A stretch of DNA of 64,000 nt from an uncultured Prevotellaceae bacterium. GTDB lineage: Bacteria > Bacillota_I > Bacilli_A > RFN20 > CAG-288. Both the position numbers and the translations under genes were made by a program. Location of the stretch: assembly GCA_963653505.1 (NCBI GenBank), contig CAVJWL010000003.1, forward strand, positions 2,403 through 66,402. Direction: 5' to 3'. Positions 49,424-58,300 of this stretch are shown here, in pieces; within the stretch, counting starts at the first letter, position 1; each line of letters begins with the position of its first letter. The notes beneath the pieces are model-generated. The model had not been told where the DNA came from, did no database searches, and saw only the letters and a program-made list of their open reading frames with translations.

Positions 49424-49551
49424 TAAGAAAACTGTCTGCCGGCGATTGACGACCCATCGCCATGCCCAAGGGATTGATTGCGTACCATCGCAAGTCCCGC
49501 GGGTCGGTTTTCTAATGACATTATATCATACGCCATAGGGGCAGAAGCCCC

Positions 49552-49622
49552 GAAAACCATCATTCAGAGCACTATTTTCATCATCAAGGACTCAATCTAG
49601 CATGCTCTGAACGATGGTTTTC
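49552..49622 (+). other. Long hairpin in the 250-bp non-coding 3' part of the IS
   Basis: gaaaaccatcattcagagca (49552-71) pairs with tgctctgaacgatggttttc (49603-22), 19/20. It is preceded by the GC hairpin ggggc-agaa-gcccc (49538-51). Confidence 0.7.
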
Positions 49623-49648
49623 CTTAATCACAACGATGTAACCGGAAA

Positions 49649-49676
49649 ATCTTTGCGTTCACAATGATAACTAATA
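49649..49676 (-). repeat. IS right terminal inverted repeat
   Basis: See the left inverted repeat: 24/28 match. Confidence 0.8.
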
Positions 49677-49690
49677 GTTAATAAAAAAAT
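49677..49690 (+). repeat. Right copy of the 14-bp target-site duplication GTTAATAAAAAAAT
   Basis: Identical to 48092..48105. Confidence 0.8.
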
Positions 49691-49761
49691 AAATAGTTGA
49701 CTGTATCTTGATCTTGAAATGAAATATAATATTCGTGACTTTTAAATCACGAGGATTTAGT

Positions 49762-51897
49762 ATGGAAAAAAGTACACGTTGTCTATACAATAGCGATTTC
49801 ATCGAATTTTTAAATTCAGATACAAATACCTTATTAGGTATTTTATGTTCAAATTATCATGGTAATGCTTTGACAACTACAAGAGATGCCTGGAATAAAG
49901 AAGTTGAAATAATGAAAGATATAGTTTTAAATCTTTCTGGTGATGGACAAATAATTTTTGAATATGACATTCCAAGATTAGGAAAAAGAATCGATGTTGT
50001 ATTACTTTATAAAGGTATTATTTTTTGTCTTGAATTCAAAGTCGGAGAATCAAATATCTTAGAAACAGATATCGATCAAGTTTTAGATTATGCACTTGAT
50101 TTAAAGAACTTTCATAAGCTCAGTTTTGATAAGAAAATCGTTCCTATTTTGATAGCGACAAAATACAAGAATAGTTCTAGTAAGATTCAGATGTCAATCT
50201 ATGATGATGGAGTCATCAATCCTCTTGTAACAGGTGAAAATAATCTACTATCACTTATCGTGGATGTCTTAAATAAATTTCCTAATGAAACTCCTATCGA
50301 TGATAATTGGATTATCAGTCCTTATGCTCCAACTCCTACTATTGTTGAAGCAGCTAAAAAATTATATGAGAATCATTCAGTCGAAGATATAACAAGACAT
50401 GAAGCAGATAATGTATCTACTGATACAACAATTAATTACTTGCTTCATATAATTCAAAAAAGTAAGAAAAATAAAGAGAAAAGTATCTGTTTTGTGACTG
50501 GTGTTCCAGGTGCTGGTAAAACACTTATCGGACTTGATGTAGCAATAAAACAAACATATCAAAATAGTGATAAACCAAATGAAGATGAAGGAGCTGTTTA
50601 TCTTTCTGGAAATGGTCCTTTAGTTGCTGTTTTAAATGAAGCATTAGCTAAAAATAATAATCAAAAATGTAAAGAAAAAGGTGAAAAAAAGACATTAACA
50701 GACTCAAGAAGAGAGGTGAGTAAATTTATACAAATCATCCATAGATATAGAGACAATATGTTAGCTAAAATAAAGAATCCAGTAGAAAATGGCGTTTTAG
50801 AAATTGATCCTTCTAAGGCGATTAAAAATGCAGAAGCTGGATACGGAGAAGTTGAACATGTAGCTATATTTGATGAAGCACAACGTTCTTGGACACACAA
50901 AAGATTAGCTGATTATTTAAAAAGAGGTGGAACCTATGGCAACAAATTAAAAGTTGAAAATTTCCCAGTTTCTGAAGCCGCATTCTTAATTTGGTCATTA
51001 GATCAAAGAGAAGACTGGGCAACCATCATCTGTCTTGTTGGTGGTGGTCAAGAAATTAACACAGGTGAAGCTGGAATCTCTGAATGGATAAAAGCATTAA
51101 ACGAATATTTCACAAATTGGAAAATCTATATTTCACCTCGTTTAACAGATAAAGAATACGCAGAAGGAAAAGTAGACAAATTATTAGAAAATAATAAAAA
51201 TGTTACTTACTCAGACAGTTTACATTTGAATGTTTCTCTTCGTTCTTTTAGAGCTGAGAAATTATCTGCCTTTGTTCATGCATTACTCACATTTGATCCT
51301 AAAGCATCAAGTCTTTATCAAGAGATAAAAGATAAATATCCGATTGTTTTAACAAGAAATATAAATGTTGCTAAAAAATGGTTGCATGAAAAAGTTAGAG
51401 GAACAGAAAGAACTGGTGTCTTAGTAACTAAAGAATCAGCTAGATACAAGCCTTTAGGAATTCATATACTCCGCTCAGGTGATGAAAATACAGTTCATTG
51501 GTTTTTAGAAGATAAAGATGATACAAGAGCATCTAATTATTTAGAAGATGCTGCTACTGAAATTCAAGTTCAAGGTCTTGAACTTGATTACACTTGTTTA
51601 TTATGGGATGCTGATATGAGAGTTGAAAATAATAAGTGGCATTTCTATAAATTTGATGGAAAAACAAAATGGATAGAACAAAAGCCAGATACTGAAAATA
51701 AACAAGAACTCATCAAATATATGTTAAATGCTTATAGAGTTCTCTTAACCCGTGCAAGAATTGGTATGGTAATTTGTGTTCCAAAAGGAAATCCTAATAA
51801 AAATGTCAATGGCTACTTTGAAGATAGTACTCGTTTACCTGAATACTACAACGGGACTTATGAGTATCTGAAAAGTTTAGGAATTGAGGAAATATAA
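49762..51897 (+). CDS. PD-(D/E)xK-like nuclease domain fused to a DUF2075/SF1-helicase-like P-loop ATPase
   Basis: GAGGA SD then ATG 49762. FEYDIPRLGKRIDVVLLYKGIIFCLEFKVGE (E...D-x13-ExK). FVTGVPGAGKT (Walker A), VAIFDEAQR (Walker B), LVGGGQEI and VLLTRARIGMVICV (SF1 motif VI-like). Confidence 0.65.
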   Translation: MEKSTRCLYNSDFIEFLNSDTNTLLGILCSNYHGNALTTTRDAWNKEVEIMKDIVLNLSGDGQIIFEYDIPRLGKRIDVVLLYKGIIFCLEFKVGESNILETDIDQVLDYALDLKNFHKLSFDKKIVPILIATKYKNSSSKIQMSIYDDGVINPLVTGENNLLSLIVDVLNKFPNETPIDDNWIISPYAPTPTIVEAAKKLYENHSVEDITRHEADNVSTDTTINYLLHIIQKSKKNKEKSICFVTGVPGAGKTLIGLDVAIKQTYQNSDKPNEDEGAVYLSGNGPLVAVLNEALAKNNNQKCKEKGEKKTLTDSRREVSKFIQIIHRYRDNMLAKIKNPVENGVLEIDPSKAIKNAEAGYGEVEHVAIFDEAQRSWTHKRLADYLKRGGTYGNKLKVENFPVSEAAFLIWSLDQREDWATIICLVGGGQEINTGEAGISEWIKALNEYFTNWKIYISPRLTDKEYAEGKVDKLLENNKNVTYSDSLHLNVSLRSFRAEKLSAFVHALLTFDPKASSLYQEIKDKYPIVLTRNINVAKKWLHEKVRGTERTGVLVTKESARYKPLGIHILRSGDENTVHWFLEDKDDTRASNYLEDAATEIQVQGLELDYTCLLWDADMRVENNKWHFYKFDGKTKWIEQKPDTENKQELIKYMLNAYRVLLTRARIGMVICVPKGNPNKNVNGYFEDSTRLPEYYNGTYEYLKSLGIEEI

Positions 51898-51910
51898 TTT
51901 TTCTTGTTTG

Positions 51911-51939
51911 TTGATATCAATTTTATTTTAATTTATAAT
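51911..51939 (+). promoter_or_regulatory. Sigma-70-type promoter for the HMA-domain gene
   Basis: TTGATA, 17-nt spacer, TATAAT, 31 nt upstream of the ATG. Confidence 0.5.
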
Positions 51940-51970
51940 AATTAGGTATAACTAACCTTGGAGATTACCT

Positions 51971-52261
51971 ATGAATAAATTCATATTAAAAATTGATGGA
52001 ATGAAATGTTCGATGTGTGAAGAACATGTCTCTACTTTGATAAAAGATAAGGTTGATAGAGCAATCAAAGTGAGTGCTAATCACAGTAAAAACACTGTCA
52101 TTATCTTATCTGATCGTGAAATCAGTGAAACTGAATTTAAAATTGCTTTTTCAGGTTCTGGATATAAAGTTAGTGGTTATGAAAAAGAATTGAACTTACA
52201 TGATACTTTCTTTTATAACTTAGCTAAAAAACATTATAAATTCACTGGAAACAAGAACTGA
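51971..52261 (+). CDS. Heavy-metal-associated (HMA) domain protein, CopZ-like, with C-terminal extension
   Basis: KIDGMKCSMCEEHV (GMxCxxC). 96 aa. No P-type ATPase partner in the window. Confidence 0.7.
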   Translation: MNKFILKIDGMKCSMCEEHVSTLIKDKVDRAIKVSANHSKNTVIILSDREISETEFKIAFSGSGYKVSGYEKELNLHDTFFYNLAKKHYKFTGNKN

Positions 52262-52391
52262 TAACTAACTGCAAGTCATACAGATTTGCAGTTTTTTCTT
52301 GATTTCAAAAATAAAAACTTATATAGTATTCGAGGTCAAAGACATTGTATACATGGTACCTATATGGACTATAGTTAGGAGGTGTCTTCTC

Positions 52392-53153
52392 ATGCTTTTA
52401 CTTTTAAACCTAAACAATCTATGTTTAGATTGTCGGGTCTATCAAAATAGAAAAGCTCTCTTTTCGTTCAAGACTTATGCTGACAAATTGAAAAGTGAAT
52501 TGGAATACGAACAGAATTTAAAACAATTCCTTGAATATCAACACATCTCTATAAACGAAATTGATGGAGCTATTTTATCGAGTGTAGTCCCTTCTCTCAC
52601 AAAGAGAATTAAAAATGCTGTTTCTTTAACTATCAAAAAAGAATGTCTTGTTGTAAATAAATCATTAAAAACAGGACTTGCAATCAGAATGGATAATCCA
52701 AATGAAGTAGGAACTGATTTGATATGTGAAACACTAGGAGCTATCAACAATTATAAAAAAGATTGTTTGATTGTTGATATGTCCTCTGTTGTATCATTTT
52801 TAGTCGCTACTGAGAAAAAAGAATTTCTTGGTGGTGCTTTATTTCCAGGACTACTAGCTTCTTCATCAGTGATGTTCACTAACAACGCACAACTCATGGA
52901 TATCGAATTTGAAAAGCCCAAAAGAATGCTAGGAAAATCAACTAAAGAAAGTATGAATAATGGAATATTAAATGGTTACGTATCTTTAATAGAATCCTAT
53001 TCTCAAAAGATAATGGATGAATTCAAAAAAGATTTATTACCTATATTAACGGGAACTGATAGTTCACTAGTCAAAGATTTGTTACCTAAATTCACTTACA
53101 ATCCTGATTTAGTTTTCGATGGTTTATACGACATATATATTAAAAATAATTGA
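52392..53153 (+). CDS. Type III pantothenate kinase (CoaX/Baf)-like protein with degenerate phosphate-binding motifs
   Basis: AGGAGG 8 nt upstream of ATG 52392. Conserved NPNEVGTDL, GGALFPG, GKSTKESMNNGILNG and LTGT. DxGNT is replaced by NLNNL and DxGTA by DMSSV. Confidence 0.6.
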   Translation: MLLLLNLNNLCLDCRVYQNRKALFSFKTYADKLKSELEYEQNLKQFLEYQHISINEIDGAILSSVVPSLTKRIKNAVSLTIKKECLVVNKSLKTGLAIRMDNPNEVGTDLICETLGAINNYKKDCLIVDMSSVVSFLVATEKKEFLGGALFPGLLASSSVMFTNNAQLMDIEFEKPKRMLGKSTKESMNNGILNGYVSLIESYSQKIMDEFKKDLLPILTGTDSSLVKDLLPKFTYNPDLVFDGLYDIYIKNN

Positions 53154-53166
53154 GGAGAATAATAAT

Positions 53167-53859
53167 ATGAATAAAAGAAGAAATAATACAATTTATGTTT
53201 TGTCTATTTTAAGTTTGATGATCGCAATCATGTTCATCTTCGGTTTCACTCCAATTGGAACTATTAAAACTGCAACTTTAAGTATCACCTTGATGGGAAT
53301 TCCAGTTTCCATCATCGCATGTATTTTTGGTCCTTGGATGGGACTTATGGCCGGCGCTATTTGGGGATGTATCTCTATCATTCAAGCATTCACTGGAATG
53401 GATCAAACAGCACTATTATTACAAAGCTGTGTTGCTAATGGTGAAATCTCAAATGCACGTTTCTTAGGTGGATTGATAGTCATGTGTGTAGTTGCAAGAA
53501 TGCTAGTTGGTTTCTTAACAGGACTTATCTTTGACTCAATCAAAACCGTCGATAAAAGAGGTTATATTGCAACACTTGTATCCTGTATGTCTACTGCCTT
53601 ATTGAATACAATATTATTCATGACATCCTTCTGCTTATTCTTCTACAACACTCCAGTAGTCTCTTCTGCTCATTTAGGTACCTATCCAAATCCATTTGTC
53701 TTTGTGTTTGCAATCATCGGAATCAATTTCGTAGTTGAATTTGCAGTCAACTGCGTTGCTGGAAGTGCAATCGTCTTTGGATTACAGCAAATAGCTACAA
53801 AACTACAAATCAATGCACCATTCCAACATTTCTTTGTCAAGAAAGAAAAAGCAAATTAA
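53167..53859 (+). CDS. ECF-transporter substrate-specific (S) component-like membrane protein (pantothenate PanT-like by context)
   Basis: GAGGAG SD then ATG 53167. 230 aa with about six TM segments and a small-residue-rich pattern typical of ECF S components. Substrate is inferred only from adjacency to the coaX-like gene. Confidence 0.5.
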   Translation: MNKRRNNTIYVLSILSLMIAIMFIFGFTPIGTIKTATLSITLMGIPVSIIACIFGPWMGLMAGAIWGCISIIQAFTGMDQTALLLQSCVANGEISNARFLGGLIVMCVVARMLVGFLTGLIFDSIKTVDKRGYIATLVSCMSTALLNTILFMTSFCLFFYNTPVVSSAHLGTYPNPFVFVFAIIGINFVVEFAVNCVAGSAIVFGLQQIATKLQINAPFQHFFVKKEKAN

Positions 53860-53869
53860 AAACTTTATT

Positions 53870-53900
53870 GAGCGATTAAAAATCGCTCTTTTATTTTTTA
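53870..53900 (+). terminator. Rho-independent terminator after the S-component gene
   Basis: gagcgatt-aaa-aatcgctc stem followed by a T-rich run. Confidence 0.65.
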
Positions 53901-53926
53901 AAAAATAAAACTTTTTTAAAATATTA

Positions 53927-53957
53927 TTGACTTAAACTGCACTTTAAGTTTTAAAAT
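53927..53957 (+). promoter_or_regulatory. Promoter with 19-bp spacer containing a near-perfect 20-bp palindrome (MerR-type architecture) upstream of the alcohol dehydrogenase gene
   Basis: TTGACT (53927-32), 19-nt spacer, TAAAAT (53952-57). The dyad ACTTAAACTG|CACTTTAAGT (53930-49) pairs at 9/10 positions. Confidence 0.4.
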
Positions 53958-53981
53958 ATATCTAACCTTGGAGGTATTGAT

Positions 53982-55154
53982 ATGACAGGTAATTTTGATT
54001 ATTACAATCCTACTAAAATCTATTTTGGAAAAGGTTCTATTTCAAATTTAGATTCTGAACTTAAAAAAGTCGGTAAGAAAATCCTATTTGTTTATGGTAC
54101 TGGAAGTATCAAGAAAACTGGTATTTACGATGAAGTCATCTCTATTTTAAAAAGAAATGATAAAGAAGTATTCGAACTCAGTGGAGTTCATTCAAATCCT
54201 AGTTATTCATCTGTTTTAGAAGGTAAGAAATTGATTGAAGACAATAAAATTGATTTCATTCTTGCGGTTGGTGGCGGTAGTGTCATCGATTGTTCTAAAG
54301 CGATTGCAGCTGCTGTTGATGAAGGAGATCCTTGGAAGAAATACTACGAATATCAAGAACCATTGACTCATCCTGTCACTCCTATTGGAACTGTTTTAAC
54401 TATGGTTGGAACAGGTAGTGAAATGAACTCTGGCTCTGTTATCACCAATGAAGAGAAAAAACTCAAGATTGGAAAGGTCTATGGAGAATATAATTATCCA
54501 GTGTTTTCAATCCTTGATCCTACCTATACCTTGACCGTTCCATATAATCAAATGGTATCTGGTATTTTTGATATGTTCTCTCATCTTATGGAACAATATT
54601 TCAGTGATGATGGAGATAATACTAGTGATTACTTATTAGAAGGATTGATGAGAGCAGTTATTAGTCATGGCCTAAAAGCCGCTAAAAATCCTACTGATAA
54701 TGAAGCTAGAAGTAATCTCATGTGGGAAGCAACCTTAGCATTGAATACTATGGTCGGGCTTGGTAAAGAACAAGATTGGAATGTTCACGGAATCGAACAT
54801 CAATTAGGTGCTTATACTCATTGCCCACACGGGCTTGGTTTAGCCGTCATCTCTTATCCATATTACAAATATATATCTAAATATGGAAAATCTCAATTTG
54901 AAAAATTCGCTATCAATGTCTTCAATGTTTCTAAAGGTGATAAAACACAAGACGAAATCATAAATGAAGGTATCGAAAAACTTGAAGATTTCATCAAAGA
55001 ATTGAAGATTCCAACAACATTAAAAGAATTAGGTACTACAAAAGAAATGTTACCATTAATTGCACAAAGCGCCTATAACAATGGATTAACTGGTGGTTTC
55101 CATCCAGTGAGTGAAGAAGAAACATTAAAAATCTTAAAAGACTGTTTTGAATAA
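53982..55154 (+). CDS. Iron-containing (group III) alcohol dehydrogenase, butanol dehydrogenase/YqhD-like
   Basis: 390 aa. AVGGGSVIDCSKAIA, GTGSEMN and HGIEHQLGAY...HG metal-site pattern. Confidence 0.8.
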   Translation: MTGNFDYYNPTKIYFGKGSISNLDSELKKVGKKILFVYGTGSIKKTGIYDEVISILKRNDKEVFELSGVHSNPSYSSVLEGKKLIEDNKIDFILAVGGGSVIDCSKAIAAAVDEGDPWKKYYEYQEPLTHPVTPIGTVLTMVGTGSEMNSGSVITNEEKKLKIGKVYGEYNYPVFSILDPTYTLTVPYNQMVSGIFDMFSHLMEQYFSDDGDNTSDYLLEGLMRAVISHGLKAAKNPTDNEARSNLMWEATLALNTMVGLGKEQDWNVHGIEHQLGAYTHCPHGLGLAVISYPYYKYISKYGKSQFEKFAINVFNVSKGDKTQDEIINEGIEKLEDFIKELKIPTTLKELGTTKEMLPLIAQSAYNNGLTGGFHPVSEEETLKILKDCFE

Positions 55155-55173
55155 TTAAATTGTTGTTTATCTT

Positions 55174-55208
55174 AAAAAATGCTTTCTCAATTTGAGAAGC
55201 ATTTTTTA
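55174..55208 (+). terminator. Terminator after the alcohol dehydrogenase gene
   Basis: aaaaaatgctttctcaa / ttgagaagcatttttt imperfect stem with a T-run. Confidence 0.6.
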
Positions 55209-55292
55209 ATATCTTCTTAACTCATTAATATATTATATAAACACATTGAGATTGTTAATTTTATTTTAGAGCTGTTATTGTTTGTCAATTTC

Positions 55293-55325
55293 AAAAAAGC
55301 CTCAGCCATCAAGGCTGAGACTTTT
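55293..55325 (-). terminator. Terminator of the giant surface-protein operon (minus strand)
   Basis: ctcagcc / ggctgag stem. On the minus strand it is followed by TTTTTT (A-run 55293-98 on plus). Confidence 0.6.
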
Positions 55326-55331
55326 AAGTTA

Positions 55332-58300
55332 CTAGTTTTTATAATAAGTAGAGAAATCGTTTGTATAGACGATAGCATTGTTATCAACAAGTTCGTAATC
55401 ATTGTAGAATTGAACAAGTTTACCGCTGCTGAAGTCATATAATTCTTTAGATTTCAAGGTCTTACCTGAGATCTTATAATCACCACTTACTGCATTATCA
55501 ATGGCATTGGTTGATGCAAAATAATTGGAAATACTATTCTCAACGTTATTAGAAGCTTCTTTTGTTCCATTCTTGATTGACTTGAAGTCATCATCGGTGA
55601 TGACACCATAACCATCAGTGTTATTTGAATAGTTAGCATGTAAGGAGAGGTTGAGTCCAAGTCTTAAGACTGGATTAGAATTTGAATAAGTATTTGGAAG
55701 TACATCGATAGATGTCTTAAATTTCAATCCGTATAATGGAGCGGAAGTTCTTACCCAATTGTTATTTTCATCCTGACTTCTGATAGCCATATTGTAAATA
55801 TCAAGTCTTGTTTCACCAAAGCTCAATAATTTCTTCAAATCAGAAGTATCAGTCATGATGCTATTGGGATTCAAAACGATTGACCACATGTCTAAGGATT
55901 CGCCTTCGACATTTGAACCTACACTTGTTTTGATTGCTGTTTGACTTAAGATAGATGAGAAATCATCAGAAAGTCCGAGTGTGAGTGGAAGAGAGGTTGA
56001 ACTTGTAGTTGTATCAGTACTTTCTTCTTCAGTCTTTGTTGTTTCATCTGATTTCTTATTATCCATGGCGTTATATAATTGAGCCATCAAAGTTCTTCCG
56101 GCAATCTTAGAATCGATGTCGAGCATTTCTGTCAAAGCAAGATAGGCGATTTCATTCTTAGCATCGCTTGTTTGCATACGATATGCTTTGTAATTATTGT
56201 CATTTTCATCGCTTCCAGAAACATTTGAAGAGACAACATAGACATAATCATTTGCAATCTTGAAATCGACAAATTTACCATTGTCTCTTTCAACATATAA
56301 ATCCATATAGGCCTTACCATCAGCTAAGAATAAGGTGTAATTGATGCTCAAATCGAATGATAATTGATCGATATCAATTTGACTTGTTTGAATCCAAGCT
56401 GTCAAATCAATAGAGAGATTTCCTTTGAGAGAATAATAGTTGAAGTTGGTAGTATCCATTCCAGACTTGATGAGATCATTGAAATCAGCTAAATCGACAA
56501 AGCTGACTGAGGTATCGCTTGGTTTAGCAACATTGAAAGTTGTTTCACTTCCACCAGCATTTTTGACGGCATTATTCAAAGTATCTTCATAATTCTCAGT
56601 GAGAGAGATAGAAGCATCGATTTTCTTACCACCTTTGATTGTCAAATCAGATAAGGAAACCTTATTGAGTTTACATTCACTATTTGTAGTTGAATCAGTA
56701 TATTCAATCTTGACAGTGACTAAATCAGTATCGCTTGCAGTATCATTGAAGATCTTGCTATACATAGTGATGACAATAGCATCTTCACTATCTTTGAACT
56801 CAACTTTGTTGATAAGTCTATTTTCAAGAAGAACACTAGCATCCTTATTTTCAATAGCGCTATTGATAGGAAGACTTGTTGAAACACTTTCTAAGGAAGT
56901 TAAAGCTTCTAATAAATAATGAGTAGATTTATCATCAGAGATAGTAGAAACCAAATCTTTCACAGAAGAACTTCCAAGTTTGATATGCATTCTATCGTTG
57001 TATTCTGCAACAAAGGTTGGATCATCAACACTTTCATAGCCAGTGTCTGTCTTTGTCATAGAATCATAAGCGAATTCAATTTTTTGTTTAGCAGTCTCAT
57101 TCTTTCCATCGAGATTTGATAATGAAGGATGAGAAAGAATGACAGCACCATCATAATTATTATGAGTTCTATCGATTACAAGACCAGAATCCAATCCTAA
57201 AACTAATTGATTCTTAGTTGTATCTTCTAATGATGCATTGATATTGAGTCCGTATTCATCAAGAGTTGTTGGTAAATTATAGAAAGAATTGAAAATTGAA
57301 GTTGCATCTTTGATTTCTTGATAGGCGCTTGTATCGCTGATTTGTTTTGTAGAATCAAAATCAGTGAAATCAACTTTGAATTCAAGAAGTGCATTTCCGC
57401 TAGTTCTATATCCACCGACAGTGATAGAGTTGAATTGTTCAGTTGAAGCATCGAATTTAACTTCGATAGAAGAGACCTTATTAGCAAGTGAACTTCCTTC
57501 AAAGATATATCCAGTATTCAAAGAAAGAATGACAATATTATCGCTTTCTCCTTGTTTGACAGAGAGGAAGGATTTCAAATTGCTGAGCGTCTTATCTTCT
57601 TTAATCTTCTTCAAATCATTTTGGAATTTAGTAGAAACACCAAGAGTGGATAAGACCTTATCCATCTCGACAAGTGAAGTAGAAGCAGATTTATTTTGAG
57701 TTGATGTCTTCTTATCTAAAACAGAACAAATATCAGAGATAGAAGCATTAGAGATATAATTTTTAAAGACATCATCATAGGAGAAATAAAGATTTCTATC
57801 AGAACCAGTCTTTTGATAGCTGACATCTAATTGTCTAGAATGATTTTTAGTTGTATCAGTTGCATTAGTAGTTGCTACTGTGCTTGAGAAATAGAATTGA
57901 GAATTCTGCAATCCTAAAACACCATTTGAATTAGATAATTGATTGATTTTATCAACTTCACTCAAATCAACGCCGATAGAACCATTGAGGCCAAACGATG
58001 ATTCATCTTCTTTTTCAGGAAGATAGGTGAGCGTATAATTGACTCCACCTTTCTTAGTTACGAAATAATTGCCGACAGTTTTGATGATTCCAACAGTACC
58101 ATTGATAGATACATAGGTATTATCAGATGTGAAAGCTTCAGAGTTGATAGCGACATCAGTCAAAGAAGAAAGTTCAATCTTGACGCTGACTTGTTTTTCG
58201 TTGACATCAATACCAGAGACAACAATATTCTTGATTCTTCCAGAATAAGAAGAATCAATTTCACCATCGACAACATTGACCTTATCAGTTGTCAAATTGA

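Larger units (their letters stand above)
48106..49676 (+). mobile_element. IS30-family insertion sequence (1571 bp), GC-rich relative to host
   Basis: Bounded by 28-bp imperfect inverted repeats (24/28) and flanked by a 14-bp direct repeat. It has a single transposase ORF. Internal lines count about 55-60% G+C against about 30% in the flanks. Confidence 0.85.

Noticed and set aside
48188-49563. Several 60-167-aa ORFs inside the IS on both strands (48188..48691-, 48294..48599-, 48471..48698+, 48667..48945-, 49209..49493-, 49345..49563-, 49356..49538+).
   Set aside because: They overlap the transposase ORF or its antisense strand in a GC-rich segment, where stop codons are rare by composition. 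They have no SD and low-complexity R/P/S-rich translations. I treat them as composition artefacts.
51945-53975. Shared 12-mer CTAACCTTGGAG immediately upstream of the HMA gene (51952-63) and the alcohol dehydrogenase gene (53962-73), considered as a common regulatory element.
   Set aside because: It overlaps the SD (GGAG/GGAGG), and a similar CTTTGGAGGTAT occurs at another gene start (11291). It is most simply an extended ribosome-binding context, not a separate element.
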